Origin: Trichodelitschia bisporula | Lineage: Eukaryota | Direction: 5' to 3' | Assembly (NCBI GenBank): GCA_010356995.1 | Contig: ML996707.1 | Span: 186,001 to 250,000 of the forward strand | DNA length: 64,000 nucleotides | Shown: positions 1 through 11,997 of the stretch, piece after piece | Layout: every line of letters begins with the position of its first letter | Position numbering within the stretch: the stretch's first letter is position 1 | Notes under the pieces: model-generated | The model's database searches: none | Told to the model about the DNA's origin: nothing | The model's input: only the letters and a program-made list of their open reading frames with translations | Position numbers and translations under genes: made by a program

Positions 1-412
1 TCACCTTGCCCTTCAGAACAAAGAGCGGGCGGATCGCGAGCTCAAGCGTGCCCTCGAGCTTGAGGCCAAGGTCAAGGAGGACAAGGATCGCGTGGCTGTG
101 ATCAAGTTAGTGACGCGGAGCCTGGACGAGGGCAATCCTGTCGATGTCGCCGAGGTCGCCGAAGCCATTGACCATAGCGTTCAGTGGGTCATCCAACAGC
201 TGCGTTTCGAGGGCGTCCTCAGTCATAAGGACTCTTCCTCCACCATCGTTACCCGCAACGGTATGATCGTCCGCATCGGCAAGGACCAGATCAAGGAGAT
301 GTACAAGCGCATCGCCCGCGATCTCGACAACGGCGCGTTTGGCGACGACTTCGCGCCGCTCGAGGCCATGGGCCATGTCCTTGCCGACATCGTCACTCGC
401 GACAACATCTAG
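1..412 (+). CDS. 3' end of hypothetical protein (5'-truncated by window edge)
   Basis: Frame is open from base 2 (HLALQNKERADRELKRALELEAKVKEDKDRVAVIK...) to TAG at 410-412, with strong C/G-ending codon bias. No family recognised. Confidence 0.65.
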   Translation, partial: HLALQNKERADRELKRALELEAKVKEDKDRVAVIKLVTRSLDEGNPVDVAEVAEAIDHSVQWVIQQLRFEGVLSHKDSSSTIVTRNGMIVRIGKDQIKEMYKRIARDLDNGAFGDDFAPLEAMGHVLADIVTRDNI

Positions 413-1476
413 ACTCCAGGACTTGGGACATCTTTCGGCGTTGGGACTTCATGATGTGTAACTTGGCACTGGGATGATCATCTATGGCGTTGAGATGGAT
501 TTATCCACGGACTTAGGATGAGTTTCTTCGGCTGGGTTCGGTTGCATGAAGGACGGAATGGATGGAATGGATGGCGTCTTTGATGTACACTAGCGACTGT
601 TTTTTGAGAGCACAGGCGTACGGCAATGCATGCGGATTCAACCTCACAGGCGTGAAGTGGCCTTTGACATCGGCATATCGCGACTACTAAACCCCGATAC
701 CGGTAGCCACACTTTCCCCACTAACATAAGTGTGCAGTAGGGCGAGGCATAATACCAATGTAACCTTGTGCTTAGTCCTCCGCGCCACTATGGGCTGCAT
801 CATCCGTGGGCTCTGGTCGTCGATGCGCCACGTCTGCCTTTTCACGTGAGGGCGACCAGGCGTTACTTAAACGGGACCTGTCCGCGTGGTTGGGGGCGAA
901 AGGAATGAGCGCCCGTATTCGCGTCTGCTGATTCGGATCCGGACTGGGTGTGAGCACCAGCCACACCGGGGGAGCTAAAAGATACCCACAGTAGGCTGTG
1001 CATCGGCGCCCAAGAAAGGCAACAAACCAAAATACGGTAGCCGAGATACAGTGGCCAAAAACTAAACAACAGCTACGAAGGATCAGACTCGGACTCTTTT
1101 CCCGACTTTGTTGGGCGAGTTGGAGTCGTTGCATTCGGCCGTTGCGGCCGCAGCCCTAACCCACGGACAAAGCCACGGACGGGGTGGAATCAGCCTTGCG
1201 GAGCTGAAGGATTCCGACCGAACAATGGATGGCGCGTGGCTGGTGCGCTGAGCCGGGCTTTGTGACTTCGCTGTCGACTGACTTCACTGCTGTGTGATAA
1301 GTGTGTCAAAGGTATAAAAGTGGTAGCGGCCTCTGGGATGTTTCTGGCAGCATCGCAAAGACACTTTCTCATCTACACTGCAATCAGACGACCAAAGGAT
1401 CTCATAGCCAAAAAGTCCCACATCTAAATACTCACATCCACACAACCGCACACCCATCATCCCGAACACCTTCATC

Positions 1477-1731
1477 ATGTGCCTCTCCGTCAGCACCTGG
1501 CACGTCAAATGCCGCCATCGGGACCCGCAATATCTCGAGGAGTGCGACAAAAAAGCCAAGGGCAAATGCAAGGCGATCTGGGACGACGAGCGCATGAACT
1601 ACACCGACATCTGCAAAAAGTGCAAAGCCGGGATACTAGTGCTTATCAACCTTGAGGAGGTGGATTGCAATATCCGCGGCTTCGACCGTTTCAGTTGTCG
1701 CGTTCGGAACGTCTCGCCGTACGACACCTAG
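1477..1731 (+). CDS. Small Cys/His-rich protein (84 aa), possible metal-binding
   Basis: MCx9CRH...C...C...CKKC pattern resembles small fungal MC..CxH proteins. ATG context TTCATCATG, TATAAAAG at 1313-1320, CA-rich leader. Confidence 0.55.
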   Translation: MCLSVSTWHVKCRHRDPQYLEECDKKAKGKCKAIWDDERMNYTDICKKCKAGILVLINLEEVDCNIRGFDRFSCRVRNVSPYDT

Positions 1732-1828
1732 CGCACGATGGGAACATGGGACACGGCAGTCGCATGCAGCCCATGATTACGGAGTTTGGCATTCCTAGCA
1801 CGCAGCTAGAAGAGCTGGTACAGACCGG

Positions 1829-3629
1829 CTACAGCAAGAATCGAAAGCCCTTCGCCGCCGCCTCGCCCGGCACCGCATTCACAGCCCCCTCGACAAACTC
1901 CCCGCGATCGAGGCGACGGTTCAGGCGCACGAGCATGGCACGCAGGAGGGTAGCCATAGCGATGGCCAGGAGGGTGGTAGCGGTGTTTACGGTCATGGCG
2001 ACAACTGTACAGTACGAGTTAGCCCGCACAGTCCTATTGTCTAACCAATAATCTTTTCCCACAATGCATGAGTGAGTGAAATGTAACGTACCATACCGCG
2101 GCGCCCCACTCTCGTAGTACATGTAGCTCGCCCAAATACTACTCGCATTGCTGACTGCATTGATAAGCGCCAGTGCTGCGGCGCGCTTCGCCGGTGGTCG
2201 CGGCATAGTGTTGCTGATCCACGCCAGCACGACGACGTACCCTGTGTACACGCCGGGCACCATGAGCATCATCGCCAAATAGCGGGGCGCCGTCGCCGTC
2301 GTCGCGGCCGCCAGTATAAACGCCACCATACCCACGCACAGCGGAATCACGACGTGGAAATAGCGCTCGCCCGTGCGATCCGCATGCCACGCGTTGCCCA
2401 TCGCCGTAATCACGGCTAGGATATACGGCGGTGCGGTAAGTAGGAGTGTAGGAATGGTCCCGTAGTTCAGGGTCTTGACGACGGTGGGGAAGAAATTCGT
2501 CACTGAGCCTGCGGATACGATGCCCGTGAGCATGGCCATTAGGACCCAGGTCTTTGCGTCTGTGACGGCGAGCCGGATGCCCCGCCAGAAGGTTTGATCT
2601 TCGGCGCTGGTCCAGTCTTCCGTACCGACGTCAGCTTGCAGGCGCCAGATTGCGAGTTGCCGCTCGGTCTCCGTGAGCCAGCTCGTTGTCTTTGGGAAGT
2701 TGGGCAGGATGAAAAAGGCGGCGAATGCGATGCCGACTGTGATGCTACCTTCGAGGATGAACATCCACCGCCAGGCGCGCAGCCCGTGGAGCATATCCAT
2801 CCCGCTGGTGATTCCGGCGGTTATGAGCCCGGAGAAGGCGCCGCTGATCAGGCTGCCTGAGTAGAGCATTGCGGTGCGTAGGCCGAGTTCTTTGCGCGTG
2901 TACCAGGCGGAGAGGTAGAAGAGAACGCCGGGCTGGGGGGTTAGTGGACGCAGGGATGGCAGGAGGGGAGTAGTACGAAATAGGCGGCTTCGATGAAGCC
3001 GAGGAAGAAGCGGCAGGCGATGAGTCCGCCGTAGGACTGCGTTGCGCCTGTGGCGGCGGAGATGATGCCCCAGACAATCATGCAGGCGGGGAGGTAGAGC
3101 GCTGGCATGCCGATTTTGTTGAGGAGGAGGTTTGAAGGCACTGAGGCGTTAGGATGAAGCAATGCCAGGACGAACGGGGAGATCCTCACCTTGCATAAGC
3201 AAGTACCCCACAAACAAGATACTAATACTCGTCTGCCCATCTTAGCTCCCACCCGTCAAATCTACCAACAACACCAACCTGATACTGCGTCCCAGTAAGC
3301 CCCAACTCATCCTGCAATCCCTTCCCACCCGGCCCCGCCAGCCTCGCCGCCGCAATATTATTCCGATCCAAATAATTCATGATATACATCAAAATCACCA
3401 TCGGCAACAGCCTAAGATCAATATTTCGCCTCAGCTGTACCTCCGCCTCCTCCCTCTCCTCTACGCTCATCGCCCTCACAAGCTCCGGCATCTCATTCCC
3501 CGAAACCCGCGCCTCGATGCGCACCTCCTCCTCATCACCCGCACGCGCTTTGTCTACGGACGGCGGCCGCGAAGGCATAATAGGTGTCGTGGAATCGACC
3601 GAGTCGGTGCTTAATCTCGGTTCGGCCAT
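1829..3629 (-). CDS. MFS transporter, anion:cation symporter (allantoate/nicotinate permease-like) family, multi-exon
   Basis: Motifs IDLRLLP..LDRNNIAAARLAG, SILFVGYLLMQVPSN, RFFLGFIEAAYF, WRWMFILEG, DRTGER and C-terminal GFRFLL. Several GT-AG introns (first starts at 3278). TATATA ~25 nt upstream of the ATG. Confidence 0.93.
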
Positions 3630-4211
3630 GGTGGGAGGTGGGCCGGGCGGGGTATATAAATCCCTGTGTGGACTCGGGAGCGATCGGCCACTTTGTGTGA
3701 CCCTGCACTGCGACCCGTGCACTGCAACGACAAGTGGCGGTCGATCGGCGAGTGCAAACCGGATGGGGGATTACAATCCGGTTGCTTGCCGGGATAGCTG
3801 AGAAAGAATAGGTTACCACAGTGCTGGTGGTCGACGGAGGGTTGCGCGGGTGACGTTGCGATAGCCTCGGGTGGACCCGAGGGCTCGGGCCGCTACGCTG
3901 GATGTGGAGGTGGACGGGAATGGTGCGCCACGACGTCATCACGCTTCGAGCCGTGGGGGGGGAGGCTGAACGTCCACAACTTGGCGCAGTAACGACAGAG
4001 CACACGAAGAACTGATCAAAACTAGCATAAATGCACGCAAGATGGTGTAAGGCGCCCAAAACGGAGTGATGAGCGGAACTGCAAGCATGAGGTCCATGCC
4101 ATTCAGTGTACTCCGGCAGCAACTCGGCAAAAGGCCGTTCAGTAAAATACAGATTGAATTAGCAAAGTAAGCTATGCTGCGTTTGTAAGTACTAATCTCC
4201 GATGAAAATGC

Positions 4212-6641
4212 TCATTTCCCGTGCCTTCTGCGGGAGGCATTCCCCACTCGATGCCGTACCCACCGCCCGAGTACCGGTACCCACCCAGTGTGTCTCGGTC
4301 CGGGCGACGTGTTGGCGGACATGATCTTCTCCACGTCCTCGGGATCGTGGCCCCCAAGAACCGTAGTGTCGTCCCCAATATCGCCAATATCCCCAAGCGA
4401 CTTCCGAACCGGTACGTCTTCCTTACGAATAAGCACCCCATCCCTCTCTTCATAACTACCATCAGCTCCCGTCCCCTCCCTCCTGACTCTCCTCCGCCCC
4501 CTCGGCTCCCGCTCATGATGCTCGCGCTGTTCCTCCCCGCGGCCTGTCAAAACCCTCGCGCCCCGAATCTCAAAGCTGACCCTCAAGCGCTGCCCCTGCT
4601 CCTCCCCACCCCCAAGATCCAGATTCGCATGCCCAACGCCGTGAAGAGGAATCTCACGGCCTGGCGGTGACTCCATCTCACGTGGCGACTCCGGGCCCAT
4701 TGCCAACATCTGGGCCAGGTCCACCGGTGAGCTAAGCGGCGTCTGCAGCAATGGCGATTCCGGGCCCATCGCCAGCATCTGAGTAAGGTCCATTGGCGAG
4801 CCCAACGGCATCCGCAGCGATGGCGAGCGAGATTCCCCTTCATATGTCGACTCAAGCTCCATGTCCTCCAGTGCCACCGCTTCTTCAAATATATCCTCCT
4901 CCTCCACCTCCTGCACGCCCGTAAGCTCATGCGCCTTCATCGCGCTCTTCAGCGCCTTGGCCTTTGTCTCGCCCGCCTCCTGTACTGGAGGCGCAAGTCC
5001 TCGCGCCTTCGCCCGCCGAGTGAGTTCCACTATCTGCGCCACCTCTTCGGCGCGCACCTCGTCGGCTTGCCGCATTCGGTGGCGTAGTTTGAACTCCTTG
5101 TAATCATCGAGTTCGTCTGCCGTCGGGTGTGCCTGGAACACAGAGGAGGGAATCGAGTCATCGCGCCGCATATGTACGTCAATATGCAGCGGCTCGCCCG
5201 GTCGGAGGGGGTGGAACGTCCAGCCGGTAACGCGGTGTCTGGTGGTCAGTCTAGCTGGAACACGGAGGAGTACTTACACTCCATCGTATCGAACCCCCGC
5301 CCGCGGCGCCCATAGACTCCCAAGTGACTGGCTACGCAGCACTCGTACCTCACACCGGCTGCGCCAGTCCGCCGCGGTCAGCCGCGATATTCCCCGCCCA
5401 CCCGACGTACAGCGGTACGTAAATTCGTCCGGCGTCGCGGCATTGGCCTCGGCGTTGCCAGTGAGCACGATAGCGTAGACGCCACTTGTATCGTAGCAAA
5501 TGCCGCCATCGAGTGTGCGCTCGTCGATGATGCCGGCACGAAAGGCGAGAGCCGGGTGAACCCACCATCTGTGGGAGTTAGCGAGGCAAGGTTGAGACGG
5601 AATACGCACTGCCCGACGTGGAAGCCTAGGCTGCCATGCTCGTAGGCTCTAGTGCTGTCTACGAGTCGTGGATTCTCCCGCTCGAACATGCGGATCATTT
5701 CCTGCTCGTTAGCCGCTGTCATCAACGGGCGCTAAGCCTACCTCTTTCGTCCCATCTCCTGGCGCAATCACTCCCCACAACCGACCGCCCGGCTCGAAAA
5801 GACAAACGCCAATACTTGAGATCTTGCCAAAGACCTCCTCAATCGCCTTAACGACGCGCTCCGCCTCATCGGCCAGACACGCCGGCCAGCGAGTCGCCTT
5901 GCCACACATCTCAGACACCGCAAGATGAATCCTGGAGAATCGCAGGATATCTCTGTTCAAAATCGGCGGGATCACTTGCTCGCCGTCGAGACGCGCCACC
6001 TCCTGATCTTCCAAGTCCATATACCTCAGCATGCGCTCCGATCTTGCAATGCGATTGTCCCGGTTGTCTCGCACAGCCCGATCGAACTGCGCCTGCAACG
6101 CTGATCCCACTCCCAGCAACCTACCACTCGCCCCGCTCCCTGTCCCAGCAGAACTGACATCCCCGCCAGGCACCGGACTACGCGCCCCGTTGCGGATCCG
6201 TGCCGACTCAGGACTCATATACCCGCTCTGGGACCACTCAGCGGCCACATGCCCTCTCGCCCGCCCACCTGCACGCCCACTTTTCATTCTGCGGCGCGGC
6301 GTACCAGGCGGACTCCGCGATCCACTAGCACCACTGACACGCACCTTCGCCGCTGGGCCCCCGCGCCGCGCATTCTGTGCCTCTATCAAAGCCTGTTCCC
6401 ATGCTTGGCCAAGTACGCCCGGGCGCTGGAGGGCAACGAGGAGGCTGTGAAGCGTGATCACGTCGTCTGGGTGCAAGGCGTTAGGGCCTTCCCGTGCGAC
6501 GAGTGGGTCGAGATCGTCGCGGATCCAGGCGGCGGTTGCGCGGAGGTGGTTCGGGGAGAGGATGTTAGCGGTAGTGGGAGGTGGGCCAGCTGGTTCGGCA
6601 ATACTTGCCCTCGCGGGGGGAAAGTTTGGGGCTCGTTCCAT
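4212..6641 (-). CDS. SRA/YDG (PUA-like) domain protein
   Basis: Splicing three short introns (5702-5741, ~5569-5609, ~5239-5277) gives one frame: HGSLGFHVGQWW...GVYAIVL...VRVLRSQSLGSLWAPRAGVRYDGVHRVTGW, the SRA RYDG signature. 3' end is less certain. Confidence 0.8.
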
Positions 6642-6880
6642 GGTGGTGTGGATGTTGTTGGTGAGAATGGCACGGCTGCGGTGACGGTAGTGTATGAGGG
6701 GGAGGAGTAGCATCGGGGATAAATGGCGTGATCGATCGATGAAGGCAGCTTCCATCGGTGTGTGACGTGCCTTCTCTTCGTAGGTTTAGGGACAATGGGC
6801 CTGCACGATCAGCAAGGGAAGGCGAGACCAAGTCACCGATTCACTTTCCAAGTACAAGATGCCATGGTATCAATATTCGC

Positions 6881-9580
6881 CTACACATTGTTCTCCGTCC
6901 ATCCCTCTTCGAGCCCCATGTCTCTCACCATGTTCCAGAAGTAATCCTGGTGACTCCGAGTCCTAAAACTCGCATCGCGCACTCCGTCCTTGAGCATCCC
7001 ATCCGACGCCGCGATATCCCTCACCAGCTCTTGCGCCCTCACCCGCTGCCCAGCCTCAACCAGTGCGCGCACAACATCCGTCAGTGCAGGCCAGGCCGGC
7101 CGTCTTCCCTCGCGGCTCATACGCCCCAAAAATGCCATCGCATTACCAACGTCGCCGACGCGGGAATAGCCCTCAATCATACGGTCGTAGAACATGGAGT
7201 CGGTACGGCGATTCTCTTTACGGATCTTTGCCCACAGGGCGTCGACTGCAGCTAGGTCCGGCACCGGCTGCTGTTGAAAGAAGTGCGTGATGAAGCTCGT
7301 GTAGATATGGGGCGACGGCGCTATTCCTAGCGCGTCCATATGCGCGAGGATGGCCTGCGCAGCTGGCAGGTTTGTGTACTTCTTCAGCAGGCCGTCGATA
7401 AGCGTCGAGAAGACAAAGGTGTTGGGCTCAAGGCCGTGGGCCTGCAGCGCCTGCAGGACCGAGACAAGTAGCTTGGACTGCTCATCGAGGTAGGCGACCG
7501 ACTTCCCCGTGTGGCGGAAAATGCCGTCAAGGATGATGCCAAACGTCACCACATCGGGGTTGATGCTGAGACTCTGCATCTGCTCGAGCAGCTTAAAGGC
7601 TTCCTGGACATCGCCCTTCCCAAGGCACATGCGGATCAGAACGTTGAAGGTCACAGTATCCGGTTTGATACCGTACCCGCCAGCCCACCGCAAGATGCCC
7701 TGGATTTGCTCGGTGCGGCGCTTGACCGCCAGAGAGTTGATGACGACGTTCAGCGTCTCGGTGCTCGGCTTCGGTGCGTCGGGAAGATCGCCGATATCCT
7801 CGAACTTCAACGTTCTTTTCTTCTGCATGGAACGTTTCGCCGCTACTATCCAGGCCTCACTCATCTCGTTGAGCGCATGCAGGCCATGATCCACACGGTT
7901 CGAAGTCATCAGCCCATGGATGCGCGCCGTCCACGCTACCATATCCGGCGCCATCCCCGATGCTAGCATGCGGTGCCAGACGGATTCGAGGCTCTCGGCG
8001 TCTTTGATCTTACCGAAGCCCTGCATCATGGCCGTCCAGTGCGCAATAGTGGGCTTGACTTTGTGCTCAAACATGTGATTCCAGACGTCGACGGAGAAGT
8101 GCGTTTGGCGCAACCCGCAGGCAGTATAGAGAAACAAGCCATAGACCTTCGATGGAATCCCCTTTGAACCTTTGTTCGTGCGGAAGGCCTTTTGGGCGTA
8201 CTCCCACATTTTCTCTAGGCCCTGGGGGTCGCGGTTCTCCAACACGCGACCCAGGCGATTCGTGACTTGCTCTTCCAACGATCCCGCCTGTTCTGGAGTA
8301 ATGCCCTTCTTCTCGTTCAAGGCATCGAGTGATTGTGTACCCAGAGCGAGTGCAGCACGGAAGGGGGCATTGCCGACACGGCCGACGATTAGGCGAACGG
8401 CTTCTTCGTCAACTCTACAGAGGGACAACTTAGATTCCAAAGCGAATAAGGTGGACTCTAGGTCACAACGATAAAGGATTTGGGTGATGAATTGCAAAAA
8501 AGGGTCGTAATCGGCGGGCAGCTCGTGTTTCGATTTCCGCGCAACAAGCATATCAAACGTACAAACGGCAGCTGCCGCAAGGCTGCTTTGCTTTACGGCT
8601 GGACATCGCGTGAGCGAGTTGAAGATGCGGAACCCCACGTTTCTGTACTTAGGCCCGTGCCTGGGATCGAAGCGGACGGTCCTGGGGTCGGGGAGGCCTC
8701 TCCAGTCTAGAGAGTTAGGCTTACTCTCCTTTTTGGGATCAAAGTTTCGGCCATGTACTTTGTACATGAGGCTCCACACCGACAAAGTCTCATGGCCGAT
8801 TGCCACGACATGCCCAGAGGCGGCATTCTCAAAGCCGCCTTTGATCATCGGGGGAAGCAGATGCCAGAGCAGCGTGTCAAACATTGTGAAGGTCATGACC
8901 TGTAGATCTATCATCTTCGTGGCAACTTCCGTCGGGGTAGGGAAGCGGCTTGGGCTGTGACACCAGCTTGTCGTGAGGACCTTGAGAAGCCCCGGAAAGA
9001 CGGCCCGCTGCAGCTCTGTAGTGTCGGGAAGCACAGCCAGGGCGGGGCAGCCAGCCGAGGGGAAGTTCTCCACGAAGAACGACCATGCTGCGGTCGGCTG
9101 GTTGAGGAGGGCTTTCAGTTGATCCACCGGGGACCAAGTCAGCTGATCAGCTAGAGGTGATGTCTCCGGGGTCACCGGAGGCGCAGTAGCAGCATTTCGG
9201 GAGGATGGCTGGCTTAAGTGCTTGGTTTGGTCCACATCTTGAGGGTTTGTATCGACCGATTCCGGCCCAATGCTTGGAGAGAGTTCCTCCTCCGGCTCGC
9301 GGGAATAACGGGAATAGCGTCCGGGTGAGTTGAGCTTCGTCGCGACATTCTTGTTCGCAAACAGGTGGCTAAACTGGATCCACGTGCCGTCTCTCGGTTT
9401 TTGCGCAGGCTCTCTTGGAGGGGGCCTCTCACGCTCTGCTTCCTTGGTCGGTTCTGGCTTCGGCTGGTTGTTGGCGAGAGAGACGAATGATGCGCGCGAG
9501 AGCCTTTGTATTCGTAAAGTATGTTGGAGTCTTCGCAAGGCCTCTCTGCGGCATTCGGTGCAGACAGATGCTTGGAGCAT
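6881..9580 (-). CDS. Pentatricopeptide-repeat (PPR) protein, probably mitochondrial
   Basis: Tandem ~35-aa PPR motifs (KPDTVTFNVLIRMC, NPDVVTFGIILDG, EPNTFVFSTLIDG). First ATG gives an Arg-rich N-terminus MLQASVCTECRREALRRL. Confidence 0.9.
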   Translation of the reverse strand: MLQASVCTECRREALRRLQHTLRIQRLSRASFVSLANNQPKPEPTKEAERERPPPREPAQKPRDGTWIQFSHLFANKNVATKLNSPGRYSRYSREPEEELSPSIGPESVDTNPQDVDQTKHLSQPSSRNAATAPPVTPETSPLADQLTWSPVDQLKALLNQPTAAWSFFVENFPSAGCPALAVLPDTTELQRAVFPGLLKVLTTSWCHSPSRFPTPTEVATKMIDLQVMTFTMFDTLLWHLLPPMIKGGFENAASGHVVAIGHETLSVWSLMYKVHGRNFDPKKESKPNSLDWRGLPDPRTVRFDPRHGPKYRNVGFRIFNSLTRCPAVKQSSLAAAAVCTFDMLVARKSKHELPADYDPFLQFITQILYRCDLESTLFALESKLSLCRVDEEAVRLIVGRVGNAPFRAALALGTQSLDALNEKKGITPEQAGSLEEQVTNRLGRVLENRDPQGLEKMWEYAQKAFRTNKGSKGIPSKVYGLFLYTACGLRQTHFSVDVWNHMFEHKVKPTIAHWTAMMQGFGKIKDAESLESVWHRMLASGMAPDMVAWTARIHGLMTSNRVDHGLHALNEMSEAWIVAAKRSMQKKRTLKFEDIGDLPDAPKPSTETLNVVINSLAVKRRTEQIQGILRWAGGYGIKPDTVTFNVLIRMCLGKGDVQEAFKLLEQMQSLSINPDVVTFGIILDGIFRHTGKSVAYLDEQSKLLVSVLQALQAHGLEPNTFVFSTLIDGLLKKYTNLPAAQAILAHMDALGIAPSPHIYTSFITHFFQQQPVPDLAAVDALWAKIRKENRRTDSMFYDRMIEGYSRVGDVGNAMAFLGRMSREGRRPAWPALTDVVRALVEAGQRVRAQELVRDIAASDGMLKDGVRDASFRTRSHQDYFWNMVRDMGLEEGWTENNV

Positions 9581-9893
9581 ACCTTGCTGATGTGATGGAG
9601 GGAAGATTTCCGATGCGCTCAGCAATGGCACGAGGTCGCGAGAAGGAGTTGATTGGAGTCGTGATTTCAGCGGAGAAACGTTCTTCCGAGATATTACGGG
9701 TAGCTCGAGACGAGAGTTCCAGCTCCACGACGCGTTTTGTCGAATACAGGAACAAACATCAATTCACTCGAAGGAGAATTTACTGGCTATTCTTATTTAG
9801 AGCTTCGCCGTACATCTCTCTCCAATTGAATAAGAAGCGCCCCCTACATCTGTTGTGAAGCCAATTGCATCTTCGCCACTCACCGCCTCTATC

Positions 9894-11666
9894 ATGGCCG
9901 CTCACATACCCAGAAGGCCGTACTCTCCCGAGGAACTGGACAAGCTCTATCCGAAAGAGCTCGAGCTGCAACTCGTGCAAGTAGTAGGTGCACCGCCCGT
10001 TTTGGGACGATTCTTTCGGTCCTTTCCAGGATTGAAGCCCAGACGTGCTGACTCTCGTGATAGCTTATGCGCCATGGTCAGTATCCGAACTTCAAATCTG
10101 TTTGGCAGCTTGAACAAACGTTGACAATCCAGGCGAACGCTCTCCCGTGTCACCTCGCTTCCAAAATGTAGGTACCCGTATTTTCGTGCGACCCTCAATC
10201 CCGTCCGACACAGACTGACCTCCAGGCCGGCCTTGCCCCTTGTAAGCATGTACCACCACTTATGTCCATCCTAATCCCCAAGTCTGGCCCTACTGCAATG
10301 CAGCCCGCTTCTTCACCAGCGCCATCATGTCCCAAAAAGACTGGTCTGAACACACCATGCTCCCCTTCCAGCGCCGCCTCGAGACCTTCGGCCGAGACGA
10401 CCTCCCCGTCCCGGCTACCGGTCCGAATGGCGAAACCCACGGCATCTGCCAACCGGGCGAGCTGACTGACGTGGGCCGACAGACAACCCTCGCGCTCGGA
10501 GAGCGTCTGCGCCGGCTCTACGTCGAGCAGCTCAGCTTCGTGGGTCTGCCGTCCCGGATGGGATGAAGCTGATGGTCTCAGTTGCCTGCGCAAATCGAAA
10601 ACGCTGACGCGTTTTACTTGCGCACAACGCCCATCCCACGAGCCCTCGAGTCCATGCAGCAGGCCTTTACGGGCATGTACCCACCCGGGACTCGCGCTGC
10701 CGATTTTCCACCCCCTCCTATCATCACGCGTTCGCCGGCGGACGAAACACTTTTCCCGAACGATAGCAACTGCAGGCGGTTTGCACACCTCTCGCGGGCG
10801 TTCGCCCAGCGCGCGGCCGAGCGCTGGAATGACACACCCGAGATGGAGTACTTGAACAAGGTGCTGGGCAAGTGGATGCCGGCGGAGTCAAAACGGATTG
10901 CGGTGGACTCGCGGCCGCGGCTGAGCGGCATCATGGACACGATTAATGCGACGGCGGTGCATGGCCCGGAAACAAAGCTACCCAAGGAGTTTTATGACCC
11001 CCAGGCTGCCGAGATTATCGACAAGGTGGCGATGGAGGAGTGGTACGCTGGGTATGGCGAGTCAAGGGAGTACCGCGCGCTGGGTATTGGGGCCCTGGCC
11101 GGGGACATGGTGGGCAGGATGGTGGGCAATTCGACTGGTGAGCTGGGCGCGACTCGGTTTGCCATTTCAGGCTGCCATGACACGACGCTGGCCGGCTTTC
11201 TGTCGGGGCTCGGAGCCTTTGATGGTGAGAAGTGGCCCCCGTTTACGAGTCATATCGCGGTTGAGCTTCTACGCGTGAAGAAGGATGCCGCACCCGAAGC
11301 TTCGAAGTCGACAGGGTGGTTTGGGCTCTTTGGAAAGAAGAGCACATCTTTACCTGTGCGCAAGCGGTCTGAGGAGCTGACTGATGATGAGCGGGCAAAG
11401 CTGGACGGGTACTTTGTGCGGGTGCGGTACAACGACCGCGTTATGACAGTGCCGGGCTGTCGTAAGGAGGGGAACCACCGTGAGGGGGATGAGAGCCTCT
11501 GCACCTTGGTACGTTAACCTCCCATGCTAACCAAGCACCGTTAACAGACCAGTCCGCCTTCAAAGCAATTGTCGACAAGTTTACGCCCTTGGACTGGAAG
11601 GCTGAATGCTCAGCAAACGTCAAGGGGCCAGCCTTCCCGCCAGAGAGACAGCCCGCAGGGTACTAG
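9894..11666 (+). CDS. Histidine acid phosphatase (ACP6/lysophosphatidic acid phosphatase-like), multi-exon
   Basis: Splicing restores LQLVQVLMRHGERSP (RHGxRxP), plus GELTDVG and the SGCHDTT (HD) motif. Introns have canonical signals. Stop TAG at 11664-11666. Confidence 0.88.
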
Positions 11667-11997
11667 GGAACTGAGAGGACCCAAGACTGGAGGAGGGCTG
11701 AGGTAACCGCATTGCATCGCATACAAATTAGAAGGCCCCATGCAAGATAGACTCTTAAGTAACAAGAATCCCGCATATGCGCCCCGTATCTGCCTGCCCA
11801 ACACGGTTAGTCAGCCGGCCGGCGGCCTCCGCGCCCAACCCGCGCGCCACATGCCGATCTCCGCGGCGCCACAAGAAACTAATCGCTGACTCCGCTTCTC
11901 TCCCCGCACTCCAACTGCACAGCTTTAAAGTCTGCCACATCGCCACTCGCTCGCCTTCTCCGAGAGTTCAGATGTCCTGTACACTCTCCCAGCCACC

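Noticed and set aside
2819..2830. GGTTATGAGCCC, resembling a fungal copia primer-binding site
   Set aside because: Lies within intact MFS coding sequence with no LTR nearby; treated as chance.
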